A stretch of DNA of 63,803 nucleotides, the filler included, from Vannella sp. (taxonomy: Eukaryota): the NCBI GenBank assembly GCA_023345925.1. It is 8 parts of 8 records of this genome, joined end to end, with 100 filler letters (N's around TTAATTAATTAA, not from the genome) between each part and the next. Parts side by side here need not be neighbours in the genome. Positions count along the whole stretch, not along the records: positions 1 to 6,317 come from JAJQQN010000026.1; positions 6,418 to 13,707 come from JAJQQN010000411.1; 6 more parts are not named here. One strand, given 5' to 3'. Shown here piece by piece: positions 1 to 12,902 of this stretch (positions within the stretch are counted from its first letter, which is position 1; the number at the start of each line of letters is the position of its first letter). The translations under genes and the position numbers were made by a program. A model generated the notes under the pieces. It saw only the letters and a program-made list of their open reading frames with translations. It was not told where the DNA came from and did no database searches.

Positions 1-837
1 CAGTCACAGTTGAGTTTGCAGGATGTTCGCATGTCAGCTTTCCCATTGGGCCTCAGGAAGGGATTCCTTTCGGCCCATTCTTCATCAGAGGAGGCAGAGT
101 TCATCCTCCTTGGAGACAGTGTTTCCAAGTTTTGGGTGGCTCATTGGAAAGATCGAAGGACGATTCCGAGTCCCCAAATCAAAGAGGCTGGCAAGTCAGT
201 GGAGAATAAAGCCACAACTAGTTGGGTTGGGTGGTTAGTTTGTGTGCTCGCCTTGCCCATTGGAAGGTCTAGATACGAGATTTCTTGATTCTGATTGCCT
301 GTTTGTTCCTCTTCAAGGGATGGCATTAAGATTGGCTGCTTTTGTAATCATTCTATCCCGTTTGTTGTGTAGGAGACGACCGTTTTAAGATTGATGCATT
401 TGCCTCGTGCCTCAGTGACTTCTGATTCGGCGCGTCCGATGAGGAAGTTGTGCTCTTCATTTTGTACATAAAATAGGCATAAGATACGTTAAAAAGAGAA
501 CGGCGCTTGTCCCTCCACTCTCATTCACTTTCTCTTCCTTTTGTTTGCGAAAGTCATCAAGCCAATCAGCCTCGTCCCAGCACAATTACTGCACAACTCA
601 ATCCTTTCATCCCGCACTGCCCGACTCGCCAGGGCTTCAGCCGAGGCAGTGCGGTGACATCACTCAAAGCTTCGGAAAAGTCGGTGGAATTTTCTAGCCA
701 ATGGGAGAGTCCTTCTAAATGACCCTCTGAATGAAATGTTTTGTGAATAAATGTTTGGTCGATCATGGGTGGGTTACATTCACTCGAACCATTATTTGCT
801 TTCCTGAGTTTGCTGGAGTTCCTCTTGTCTCACTTTC

Positions 838-3373
838 ATGGTGGAGGGACCAGGTGTGATCGAATTGGGAGGGTTAATGGGAGACCAGAGCAACATTCGA
901 CATGTTGGAGTGATCGCGTCTGCGTTGTGAGTCGTTTCTTCTCCTTCTCGTTGATCTATCTCCTCGCTAACCTCTTCAAAGCTCTAAAGTGGCTCAAGAA
1001 TCTTTGAGAACGCTGTTTTGGAGAGGATTCCCGTTCACAGGGGGACGCTCTTGCTTTGAGGGGTCACGAGTCGATCCCCGCCCAGCCGCGCACCTTCCAG
1101 TCTATCACATCCCGTTCGAGCTAGTAGAATCAAGGCTGTCGCCCGTTGAAGGTCGCTCTTCGAACCAATTCGTGATTAATATGGTCAAGGTGCCACGGAG
1201 TCTGCTGTCTGGGAATCAATGTGGCTCCATGCACCTGATTGATGGAGCTTTCCACCTTATTGACACGACGAAAACACTCTGCCTTACCTCCCGAGAGTTG
1301 CTCAGGAGGTCTCTTCTTCAAGGGATCAAGCCAGTCATTGTACTCGTCAATATTGATCTGATTCTTGAACAATTGGAACCTGAAGAGGTGTACAATCGAT
1401 TCAAAGACATTCTGAATACGGTCAATCTTATAATCCAAGAGTACTGCGCAGACTTTCAAGTTCACCCAGGCAATGGAAGTGTTCTATTCGCTTCTGCATC
1501 AGTCGAATGGGCCTTTACAATTGCCCATTTTGCGCAGAAGTACTCAAAGAAGCTCAAGATGGGAAAAGAAGTGATCCAAGAAAAGCTGTGGGGAGACTTC
1601 TTTTATGACTCATCGTCCAAGAAGTGGGTAGCCGAAAGAATGGATACCAACGGACATTTACAGCGGGGATTCTGCCAGTTTGTGCTGGAACCTCTCCGTC
1701 GTATTCGCCACATTCTTGTAAATGAGGGAGAACTCGAGCATCAAAAGCTGCTTATATCTTTGGGCGTTGCTTTGGATCCTGTAGACGAAGAACAGAGAGG
1801 AGAAAGGCTGTGGAAGTCGGTCATGAAGTCATTCTTGCCTGCATCAGTCGCCATTTTAGAAGTTGCAGTTCTTGTTCTACCATCTCCAAACACTTCTCAA
1901 CAATATCGATACCGCAGCTTGATCGAAGAGAGCCACCAAAGTGCAGAACTCGAAAAAGCCCTCCACAAATGCGACCCTTCTGGCCCATTGGTAGTTTACC
2001 TGAGCAAGACGGTTGCTCAGTTTGACAAGGATTTCTTTATCTGCGCCCGTGTGTTCTCTGGGACTCTACTGAAGGTTCAGAGTCGAGGAAGGAGGCTTTC
2101 ACAGTATATGATATGTTGGGAACGAGCGCTTGGTCCTTCTATTCGTCCCTCCAGTGAATGCCGCGCTGGAAACTTGATTTGGATACGCATGAACCCAAAC
2201 GAACCTGATGATACGAACACCTGCATAGTGTCAGATTTATCATCATCTAGCGGCGAACTAATTCTACCTCGTTTCAAAGCAATGGAAAACAACGGATCTA
2301 CTCCTGCGTGTACAGTAAGAGCAACTGTCGAGTGTAGCTATCGCTACATGTCTCCCGATTGGTGTCTTCCCGAGTTGGATAGAGCCCTTCGCCAACTTAA
2401 TGCACGATACGCTATTCGCAGTTCCCAAAGTGATTGTGGAGAGATAGCTCTTTTGTGTGCCAATCAATGGGAGCTCCAGAAATGCATTAAGTATCTTGGT
2501 AATGAGATGAAATCGAGTTCCGCCTTGTCCTTCTCCGAACCGTTTGTTAGTTTCCGTGAGACTGTCACAGAAAAATCGGCAATAGTCCTTGCTAAATCAC
2601 CCAACAAACACAACCGAATTTTTATGACTGCCGAACCGCTTTCAATAAGCGTCATCAATGCGCTCGAGACACGATCTGTCACCAAAGATGCCTCACAATA
2701 CCTCCAAGAGCATTGCGACTTTGCTGAAGGAAGCAATATTTGGTTCTCTGACTTCAATGAAAGGTGCAGGGTGCCCTCAAATATTCTTCTCAACTCCACG
2801 GTTGGTGTGAAGGCCTTAGAGGAAATCAAAGTTCCCTGCCAGACTTGGTTCGCATTCACCTGCCAACAAGGAGTCTTGGCCGAGGAAGAGCTGAGGGGTT
2901 GCAGATTCGATATAGTGGATGTTATTCTTGTGTCAGATGGGATTCACAGAGGTCCGGGGCAACTCATCCCTGCTTTCCGAAGGGCTCTCTACGCAGCCCA
3001 ATTAAGCGGGACTCCCAGAATTTTGGAGCCGATGTACTTGGTCACCATTCTCTGCAAAGCCCCATTCATAACAAATCTACGCAGTGTGATTAAGACGCGT
3101 TTGGGAGAGGAAATAAGCGTGGAATCTCCGAACTCACTTCAAGAAATCCTCTTATCTGCATGGCTCCCAGTGAGGCACTCTTTCGGGATTGACAAGGACT
3201 TAGACGCTACAAACACTATCATTGTCCAATGCATATTCGACCACTGGAGACTTGTTGACGGTGATCCTTGTGATCCATCATCTGAGGCAGGAATCATTGT
3301 GACGCAAATTCGTGCCCGCAAAGGACTTAATCCAGAAGTTCCCTCCTTATCCATTTATCTGGATCAACTTTGA
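838..3373 (+). CDS. Divergent eEF2-like protein with degenerate GTPase motifs (exons 838-926, 982-3373)
   Basis: Exon 1 MVEGPGVIELGGLMGDQSNIRHVGVIA resembles the eEF2 N-terminus. Intron 927-981 (GTGAGT..GCTAAC..AAG) restores the frame. EF2 motifs: KLWGDFFYD, RGFCQFVLEP, RVFSGT, KSPNKHNR, IHRGPGQLIP, RARKGL..YLDQL. Confidence 0.9.
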
Positions 3374-3451
3374 TTCTTCTCATCCGTACTCTCTGCAAGT
3401 GGTTACTAATTCTGAGCTCCTGTTATCTGCTGATTGACTCTGAATCATCAA

Positions 3452-5076
3452 TCAGCGTGTATTTTGTCGTGAAAGGGCGATCTTTCGAGTCCGCATTTGA
3501 AGAAGGATTGCTGCAATAGCAAATCCAACAGAAGAGATTAAATAGCAGCTACCAATAACTAGAACCATGGGATACGTGGGGTCATAAGTGATACTGGCGG
3601 CAATTGGCTCCTGATAGGGAGCTTCAAAAGCAAAGATTTCAATCAGTTCTCCCACGAGGAAAGGAGACATTCCCCCAACTGCTAAGGATAGAAAATACAG
3701 TGCTGAGGAAATCGTTCGGATTTCGGGAGGGCTGATATCCTATCATTCATTCAGAAGTTAGCTTCCAAAGGTTGTGAGTTACCTACTTGAATGACGGCAA
3801 CAGAAGGTCCAATCCACATTTCAGCAAAGAGATACTCGCCGAAGAGAAACGCAAAGGAAACAGGAGCGGTGTTTGCGAACATCATTCCCACGAGGAATGG
3901 AACTGCGAATACTGAGCAAATACTCATCACCCACACACTTCCACTCGCTAACCGCTTCTTCCATATATCTGCAACCACTCCTCCTGTGTAGCTGGCAGTT
4001 AACCCTCCAACTGGTACGATCACAGCAAGGCAAAGGGCAATAGTTGTGGGACTTAGTCCAAATACTCGGCGGTAGAACACCTGCACCCATGAGCCTAAAG
4101 CATATCCGCCCATGAATCTGAACGCTGAGCTTATCCACAGCACTTGGAAGACAGGGGCCAGTAGAATGTACTTTGCCTTCTGCCAAGGAGAATAAAGACT
4201 AAAGTTGATGTCTTCTTCGTAGTAGAACTGCTCCGCTTGAACAACAGGAGTTGGTGCAATTGAGTCGGATTCAACTGGTAAAACAGGGGTGTCAGGGAGG
4301 GGGAACATATTGGACCAAGAACTTGTCTTTAAACGTTCCTTTCGTTCCACTTTCGCTTCCAGGTCGGCTTGAATCTGCCTCTCACTTGCACCTCGAGCTG
4401 GTTCCCACAATGTCAAGTAAAGAGGAATGGCCAAGAGAAGACCAGGAAGGCCGAGAACCAAAAAGGCCACCCTCCACGATGTATATTGGCTAATGATACC
4501 AGTTAGGAGCCCCACATCCTGTCCAATATAAACAGTAGATTGAAAGGAAGACATGACAATCGAGCGATGCTTTGGAGAGAAGTAATCACTCAATAACGAG
4601 AAGGCAGTTGGATTGACTGCCGCTGTTCCCACTCCCAAGATCATTCGGAGGATTGCCAGCTGGTAGAAAGATGAAACAAACGCAGAAGCTACTGTAGCAC
4701 TTGACCAGATGACCATCCCAACAAGGAGGATGCGAACGCGCCGAGTTCGATCAGCCAACCACCCAATTGGCAAACTGGCAAACACCGAGGTCAGGCTGAA
4801 AGCAGGGCCCAGGAGGAACCCCATTTGCGGGTCAGAGATGTCCAAGCATTGCTCTTCGCAAGGATCGGTAAAGTCAGGGTCTTCCCCTCCATTCGTACAC
4901 GAAGAACATTGTAAACCGGCGATTTGAAGGGTAGGAAGGGCCCACTTGTCGGCCTGATCCAGAATAGACACGCACACGAGCATCAGTGTACAATACACAG
5001 CGTACTTGAAGGGTATCGAGGTTAATTGAGCACCTCCACCACAAAGAGCCCTCCCGACCCAACCCAGCACTCCCAT
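3452..5076 (-). CDS. MFS transporter, Spinster-like (intron 3740-3786)
   Basis: MFS motif A GWLADRTRRVR, LRMILGVG, SLLSDYFSPKHRS, WRVAF; many hydrophobic segments; 47-nt GT-AG intron. Confidence 0.88.
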
Positions 5077-5207
5077 CCCCCAAAGAATGACACAGATAGG
5101 TCAAATGGTGCATCATATATCAATCCAAATAACCTTCTCATTCCCAGTTCGCTTTTCTGGACTTCTTTCATTTTTGGCGGGAAAAAAATGACCGTTAGAA
5201 AGGCTCC

Positions 5208-6317
5208 TCAGATGAAGGAAGTGGGCCTGGATTGTTGGAAGGAATTGCCAAGAGACTGGACAATCTCTAAGACGCTAGCTTCTTGCTCGTGGTATTGAAG
5301 GCGGAGGGAGCGGAGCTCTTCTTCCTTTTGTTGGAGAGCGCTTTCGAAAGCGAGCCGGTTTGAGGTTATCTGCTTTTCAAGGAGGAGAATTGTCTTTCTC
5401 CAGTCCCCTTGACAAGCTTCAAGAGAAAGAGCTAGGTCACTTGAAGTGCTCCGTTTGACTGTGCGGAAAGGTCCGGGATGAGAGCTTCTGCGTCTGGCCA
5501 AGAGATTGGAGCCAGAGAATGGGGCTTCAATCTCTCTCATTTCCTCTACAGGGGCACCACTTAATACATCAATGCAATCCGGGCCGTCATATTCAGGAAT
5601 CAAGAACGCATTGTCGGGTTGGCTGTCGCTGAAGACTCCTCCCTGGTCTTCTCCATAAAGGTCTGGGAGATCTGCCATTCGGTTTTCCCAGAGGTCCAGA
5701 TTGTGAAAGATGATGTACATAATCTCTTTCGCTGTAAAGGAGCTCTCTGCTTCAGCAATGCTTTCGGTACGCAAGATATTGACAGGATTCCATTGGGGAT
5801 CATCCAAACTCTGGATCTTGGCAGTGCGGTAGCTGTCTTCTATGATAAAGATGAAGACGTTCAACACACTAGTGACAAATAGAGTGACAAAGGTGATGAT
5901 ATAGGCGCTCGAGACGATGGGAAGAGGGTATTGCCCTTCTTCAATTTCCTTAAAAGTGGCATAAATGTCATCTCCGTTCAGCAAGGAGAAGAGAGTGACA
6001 ATAGTTTGCCCAGTACTCCTAAATTTCTCCGAATAGGGACCAAAATTAAGAACGCCAAAGATAACAAAAGCCCAGTACACCGGCAACACGGAAGCACAAT
6101 AAGTCAGAACATGACTTGATGCGTGTTTCAGGGTCTGAACGTGTAAATAGAGAAGAGGAAAGTATTCAAAGTAACTGGATCATTGGTTAGAACTGGAAGA
6201 ATCAAATCAAGCAAAATATACGGACCGAAGGAGGTTGATAGTTGTTATCATGCACCCAATCGCGTAGAGAATTAGATAATACGCTGAAGTGCTCCTCCCC
6301 CACTCTTCCATGATCAC
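5208..6317 (-). CDS. Mucolipin/TRPML-like cation channel (5'-partial, spliced)
   Basis: Pore region GPYSEKFRS..TLFSLLNGDDIYATF, S6 segment ending FIFIIEDSY; C-terminal coiled coil; short intron near 6180-6225. Confidence 0.85.
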
Positions 6318-6417
6318 NNNNNNNNNNNNNNNNNNNNNNNNNNNNNNNNNNNNNNNNNNNNTTAATTAATTAANNNNNNNNNNNNNNNNNNNNNNNNNNN
6401 NNNNNNNNNNNNNNNNN
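6318..6417. other. Artificial contig linker (44N-TTAATTAATTAA-44N)
   Basis: Exact 100-nt pattern with a six-frame stop palindrome; the flanking sequences appear to belong to unrelated genes. Confidence 0.97.
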
Positions 6418-7180
6418 GTTGTCAGCAAGTATGCGGGCTATTCTTGGCGACTTCATTCACTTGACTTACCTGATGATTCAGATTGATTGCAAGAGCTGAT
6501 AATCGTGAGGATGAAGTCTTGGATGATAATTAATCTATTCTGAAAGTTTCTTTGCTACTGATTGATTTTGTGCGGAATGATGCTTCTGAGGAGAACGCAT
6601 CCTTTTCTGTGCTCATATACAGCTCTAGAGGAGACTCTGGATGTTTATGTTCAGCTCAAAAGACTCTCAACTTGGAATAGAGGTACTAGTTTGCAAGCAG
6701 TGGAGGCCTAATGGCTTCCCAGTTGGAAAGGTCCAAAACTGCAACAGAAATGAACCTGTTGTCCTCCAGAACGCACTCTACTGGACTACTATTCCTTCTG
6801 AAGGCTATGAAAGCTATTGGAAAGTATCTCTATATAGTCTTTTAGTTGTTTTGGCGAAAATTGGTTCTTGCAACCATAATGATGGCTCACAATAATTCCT
6901 TGGCTCGTGGATTTTCTCTTCCTACTGGGGGAGGTGAAGGAGCTAAGACTTGGTAATCCAGCTCAACACGCGGTCTTTGGGCGCGTGGAGAACGAGCACG
7001 ATGGTAGAAGCAAGCCCTTCTCTCAGATTGTTTTTGAACGGAGTGGTGAGCTCTTCTGAAGAAGAAACCAGCCTAGAGCGATGGAAACGGAAACGGCTAC
7101 GGAAGGAGGAGGAGGCCATCAAAAGGGAAGAAAAACGCAAGAAGGAGGAAGATCCATGTTGAGGGATCGTTCTCCATTTC
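6418..7180 (-). CDS. Probable multi-exon gene of unknown function (3'-partial)
   Basis: Several minus-strand GT..AG segments of ~45 nt and a clear GTAAGT donor near 6469; no family recognised; boundaries approximate. Confidence 0.3.
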
Positions 7181-7267
7181 CGTTTCAAGTCCCTCGACCA
7201 ATCACGGAGCAGTAGCCAAGAAAAGAGCGGAAAGGATCATCGTTAAACAGATAATCATTTGTTCTTG

Positions 7268-8768
7268 ATGTCTTTAGGGCCACACTCGTTTGAGGAGAGG
7301 TTAGCGTGGGCGCATGAATCGAGCCAGAACAGCCAGCAGATCTGTTCTCAGTACCAGAAGGAGGCTAAAAGGACGCTCTTGAGTTGCAAAGAGTATGGAG
7401 GAAGCCTGCGCGAGGCGGAGGAGCATCTGCTGGCCCTGCAAGTCATCTTTCTAGATCAGTTGGATCTCTCTGCGGGTCTGTATGGAGAAGCAAAGCGCAA
7501 TATGGCGACTCTCAATACATACACTACCTCTAAGACCCATAGAAGGCGACAGATTGACCGTAAACTCGCCTCCGTTTACCAGAAACTGAAGGAGCAGACC
7601 ATCGACTCCGCCTTTGCGAAGGCTCTGCCGCCAAATGCGACCCTTTTTCACTTTGTAGACACTGATTCAGTCTCTTCTCTCCAAGCACAGCTCGATGGAT
7701 ACCTCACACCGCTGCAGGAGAAGCGGAACGCAGCTCAAACTTCCCTCTCCGAGCTTGATTCGCGATTGAACGAGCTCCAAGAGCTGGTTAGTCTCTTCCT
7801 CAAGGACAACACCTTCCTTTCAGGCCTTCTTGATACCCCTAAAGAGCCCACCAAGGCTCAAGATTCGGAGGCAAGCTCTTCCAATGGGCGGTTGGTCGAT
7901 CACTTCTTGCACTCGACAGAGAGTGACTTGAGTGCTATCACATCCATCTTAGTCTCCGTTTCATCACTTGCAGATCGCGTGTCTGCGACCCGGTCCCGGT
8001 TTATCCGGACTCGGGAGGACGATTTGCTCGAGTTCCAGCTCGAAGCATTGGAAGGAAGCGTCAGACAGCTTCCAAACTCATTAGCCAAGGCAAGTGAATG
8101 CCTTTCACGTATCAAAGAGAGGGCAGAGTGCCTTGCAAAGCAATGCACTCAAAGTCATGGACCATTTGCGCGATGCGGTCAAATCAAGGCCCTTCTCCTT
8201 GATATGGAGGGCTCTCTCGCCTCTTCCATTCAGTCTATGAACCAGTACACGCAGGTGAGCTTCTCAAAAGGATCCAACCGGAATCTAACAGCGAAATCAA
8301 GTCGAGTGAGGAATCTCACAGTATCTTGGACATTTACTTTACAGAGCTCGAGAACCTGGTAGCATGGTACGAAATGTATCATTTAGGATATCGCGAGCTT
8401 CCATTCGAGCTCCAGCGACGCCAGGAAGAGAATCTAAGGCAACGTAATCTGATTCGCACTATCGAAAAGGAATTACGGCGCATGAGCGAAGGTAGAGGAT
8501 CTCTTGAGCCTCAATCTCTTACAAAGTACTTACTTCAACTGTAGAGGAGAACAGGATGAGAAGCAACTTTTTGGAAGAACATGGGAAGTATCTCCCTGTC
8601 AGCCTCTGCCCCGTCATAACGGAGGCTGCTGTCAAGTATCACATAGTTGGAGACTTCCAATCAGCTCTCATACCAAAGCTGTCCCAAAAGTACGTCCGTC
8701 CAACGTTAACAGACAGCATGAAAGAAGAATGTCCTTCGGATGAAGGGACCAGCTTCAATAAACACTGA
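7268..8768 (+). CDS. ATG17: Autophagy protein Atg17-like (2 introns)
   Basis: Long coiled coil; C-terminal signature ELENLVAWYEMYHLGYRELPFELQRR..EE..RSNFLEEHGKYLP..LCP; introns near 8254-8301 and 8492-8544. Confidence 0.7.
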
Positions 8769-8838
8769 AACTCACTTAATGATCGAAGAGACGTTTACTT
8801 GGACAGAAGAGGGGCCTACTTATATGAGCAAGAGCAGT

Positions 8839-10197
8839 CTATTCGTCCCAATCGTCGTCATTGGCCTCGTCATAGAGATTCATTCCCGATTGTCTGGAGC
8901 TGAGGGCGTTCCGGAGGGTGTCCTGAAGAGAGGTGAGGAGCATCATGGATTGCCTGCAGTTCTGCTTCTGCTCCATTCTCTCCCGAGCAAGCTGCTCGGG
9001 ATCAATGCGGGTCAAGTTTTGTCCTCGGCGGATCTGTGTCAGAAGAGTGGATGCCCGTGGGCCTGCGTTACGTGTACTGCCCTTACTACGAGTTGGGCCA
9101 GTAGGCTCAGCTCCAAAGTTGGGAAGGGAAGGTGCAGAGGGCGGAGGAGTGGAAGCCAACTCGATCTTTTGGACGAGGATCGTCGCCCTCTTGAAGGATT
9201 GGTCCTTCTCTTCAGCTATACGTTTCTGATCAACACGGCGAAGCATATCGTTGCGGATGCCTTCCAACCGGCTCTGCTGGTTCAGCAAACGAGTCCGAAT
9301 TAACGGTCTAGAAGTTCATGTGAGACACAAGAGAACTGGATCGGTACGGGAGAGCTCACGCTTCATCAGCAATAGCTCCGATATCGTTTGCAACGTCTGT
9401 TATCTCTGCCAGCTTGCGATGAGTGTCAGCAATGATCCCTTCCAGGGCTTCGTCCGCAGTTTGCTTGAGCATGGCGACCTCCATAAGCTCTGACTCTGCT
9501 TGGTCCCGCTGCCTGTCAGCTCTTTTGATGTTCCCCTCTAAGTTCTGCATCTCTGAGAGCACTTTGGTGAGGATCTCTTTGATGTTGATACCAGTTGAGG
9601 CTCCTGTGCTTCGCCCCTTTGCTGCACCTCCTCCATCCTTGTTTTTCCTGGACACTGAGTGAGCTAAGGACAATAGAGAGGTGTAAAAGGAGCGTACTGC
9701 ATCATCGTCATGCGCCCCCCTGGCTGTTGAAGAGCTGCATTAGCTTTGAGATCGCTCACTTGATTCTCCAAGCTCTCCCTTCGCTTCACCTCGCTATCAT
9801 ACTTCATCTGAAGTACTTTAAGCTCTGCCTTGACAAGATTTAGCTCCCGAAGAGCACCACCAGCCGCTGCATTAGCTCCTCCCCTCGCAGGTGCTCCACG
9901 AACACTCCCCCGAGGCGAAGCTTCTCCACCTCGCATGGGAGATGAACCACGAGCACCTCCTCTAGGTGAGGAACCTCCCCTGGCACCAGCAGCCGCAGCA
10001 GGGCCCCTCAGTCCACCTCGATTAGGACTTCCTGTCCGCACCGACGTCCCCGAGGGCGATGCAGGCGCGGAAGCAGAGCCCATACGATCCAACGAGCTCT
10101 CTGGTATGCCTGTAGCCGTGTTCGAGCGCTCCAGTCGGCGAGCTTTCATATCCGCGAGCTTCTGCTTCATGGCCTCCTGAGCCTCCAGGGCGCTCAT
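8839..10197 (-). CDS. Coiled-coil protein with SPRGG repeats and a C-terminal WH2-like actin-binding motif (spliced)
   Basis: Three ORF pieces joined by GT-AG introns; Pro-rich stretch followed by STLLTQIRRGQNLTRI (WH2-like). Confidence 0.6.
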
Positions 10198-10260
10198 GGA
10201 CGCCTAATAATGGTCTAGTATGGACCTTTGAGTGGGGCTACGAGCCATTCGTTGGGTTTC

Positions 10261-11250
10261 ATGCCGAAGCGAGCGAGGTCGCCAGAGGCGGAGGAGCAGG
10301 ACGGGACTGTACCCATGCTGGAGCGACTAGCGTTAGACGATGAGGTGAGGGAGATCAGGAGGAAGATGAGGGTGAGGCTGAGAGAGGTTGGGAGATGGCG
10401 GGGGACATCTTAATGGACTTTGAGTTCTTCCAGTTCCAACAAGAGGACTACCACGACGTCAAGAGGCTCACTACGAAGTACCTTGATGGAGAACCCTTTG
10501 AGGTAGAGCAGCTGAGCGAAGAGCTGATCGAGCAGTTCTACGTGGGCTCGATGATCAAGATCGAGGGCACCATCGAACCTGTTGGATTCCTCACAGCTCT
10601 GAACATCGTCACACATGCGGCCAAGCCATGCATCCAATCGATCACAAAGTTCCTCCTCTCACACTTGAAGAACAAGGAGGAGAGTGCCTTCCTTCAGAGC
10701 TTCCTAGAGGGCGACAAAGGGAACGTCTCGCTCGTGTTCTCAGAGCGTATTGAGTCTGTTCCGGTCATGCTTGCACCTCATCTTTACTCTCAGCTTCATG
10801 AAGAGATCGAAAGGGCTTTCCAGACCGAGAAGGTACGCCAATCCACTGCAAACAACCTCCAACTCACAAGAAGGGGTGAAGGACGACAACCTGAACGAGT
10901 ACGAGTACGACATTGACTTCCTTTTGATCAAGTCACGCGTGTTCTACGTTAAGAACTACGTGGACGCCAAGAAGCCCAAGATTGACTCCACAACGACGAC
11001 AAGCGGCTCGATCCCTGAGGATCTCGAGAAGTGCTTCTTCAACCCAGAAGAGGAGATCATGGAAGAGTTCGCCACGTTCGTATGGCAAGGAGAAACCAAG
11101 TCTCTGGACTGTACGCAGCCCAACTCGATGGACCGCCACGTCATGCGCGAAGAGTTCGTTCTTCTGGCCATCCCCATGAAGTCTGTGCCTGCCATGTGTA
11201 ATGCATTGAGAACTAGAATCCTTCCTTCAACGGGAGGGCCCTCCAACTGA
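10261..11250 (+). CDS. BCP1: BCCIP/Bcp1 family protein (spliced)
   Basis: DFEFFQFQQEDYHDVKRL, VGSMIK, GFLTALN, LVFSERIESVPVMLAPHLY, FFNPEEE. Confidence 0.8.
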
Positions 11251-11369
11251 TGAATGAACCCATAAAAGTGGACTCTTCCTCAACTTGTTGTCGGTCTCGC
11301 ATCAGGAGCCTTCCCTTCGCTGCTTCCTTGCCCATTTAGAATTGCGTGGCCACAATACATCACTTCTCA

Positions 11370-12793
11370 ATGGCTAAGAGGAAGGCCACAGCTGCCCGCA
11401 GGAAGAAGGAGAAGACCGCTCATGAAGAGCCTCTGCCTCCTTCTCGTCGACCTGAGAGAGAAGAGGACGTACCAGATGCGACAAGGAGACAAATCAAGCG
11501 GCTGAGGGTGGCGTTGAAGTCGAGACCGGTTGATGTCGCTGTTATCTTGACGGAAGCGCACCATTGTGGGCTTCCTGCTTCTTTCCGAGCTCGCTGCTGG
11601 CTCGCTCTCCTGGGGATAGAGGCTGAAGATGCAAGTGAACGATCTGAAGGTAGTGTGTGCCTAACGGAGCTCTAGATCATCGAGCCGCTCCCTGAGAAGG
11701 AGATCAATCACAAAGAGTTGGATATCGTCAGCAAAGACGTAGAACGATCCATGTGGGGATGGGGATGTTGTGAACATGCTTATCAGGTACCTTCTACTTC
11801 TCTTACTGGCCTCCATCTCACGGCCAACAAGGAACGAACTCGCCACAGAAGCCAGCTGAGCACTATCATCAACTCTGTGTTGAGTAGGAACCCAGATAAT
11901 CACTACTACCAGGGTTATCACGATGTAGCCACTGTTCTCCTCATGTGCACAGAAAGCATTGAGCAGTCGCACACAATGTTGGAGCGCCTCTCGCTCTCCT
12001 ATCTAAGATATCCTTCCCCACTCGCTCCCTCTGCACTCTTCCACTCCCTTTCACCTTAACACAGGCCCACAGAAGCAATGAGACCCAATCTAGACCCCAC
12101 CATTCAACAGCTGCACCTCCTTCAGGTGCTCATCAAGAAAGAGGACAAAACTCTCTCTAGATTCCTCACCAAAGCCCTCCCTGATATGGAGCCCTTCTTC
12201 GCAATCTCATGGGTTCTGACCTGGTCAGAGGCGCTCCTTCTGTAGTCACTGTGTCTCTAACCTTGGTATCAAAGGTTCTCTCATAGTCTAGACAGCCCTC
12301 CTGAACTTCTTCGTCTGTTTGACTTCTTCCTTTCCTCTCATCCTTTGATGCCGCTGTACTTCTCTGCTGCTGTAAGTGCATTACCTTGACATGCGTTGGT
12401 GTACTCTAGCTCACACGCACTCAGCTGGTCCTTGAGTACAGGGAAGAGATAATGGGCTTGGAATGTGAGTTGAGCAGCATCCACGGGTTTGCGAACGAGC
12501 TCCCTGGAGAGATCACTGAAACGAGTGTGGACAGCTTCATCACCTCCGCGAAACAGATATTCCGTCGGAATCCCCCGCTTACCCTCCTCTCCACCTCTGG
12601 AGGGCTTTCTCTTGAAAGCACTCTCCTCGCATTTCCCTACGATTGGATGTCCCCTGCCCATCGAGACTGGCTCATCACCCATCACCAAACCAATAGCCGT
12701 ACTCCAACAGCCCTACAAACATACTGGCCCTACATTGCAACAGGAGCTGTCGCTGCAGCAGCGCTTGCAATTTATGCCACAGGAAAGCGCTAG
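11370..12793 (+). CDS. TBC1D20: Rab-GAP TBC domain protein, TBC1D20/Gyp8-like, with C-terminal membrane anchor
   Basis: R-finger KDVERS, Q-finger YYQGYHDV, FAISWVLTWFSH, RLFDFFLSSHPLMPLY across ~6 exons; hydrophobic tail. Confidence 0.82.
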
Positions 12794-12902
12794 AATTAAA
12801 CTTTTTCTTCGAAAAACAAAATTTCTTAGAATCGGTTTTGCTTTCGTCCTTTTTTTCTCCGACTTCGTCGCTACTCATTTTTTAGCCACCGAAGTTTGCC
12901 AC

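Noticed and set aside
10..288. ORF at the window start
   Set aside because: Probably the 3' end of a truncated gene; no family recognisable, so not called
6362..6373. TTAATTAATTAA palindrome repeated seven times in the window
   Set aside because: Always centred in a 100-nt N block; an artificial linker, not biology
6418..7188. Possible 5' continuation of mucolipin across the linker
   Set aside because: The deduced exons show no TRPML motifs; the linker appears to join unrelated contigs, so neighbourhood across linkers is not meaningful
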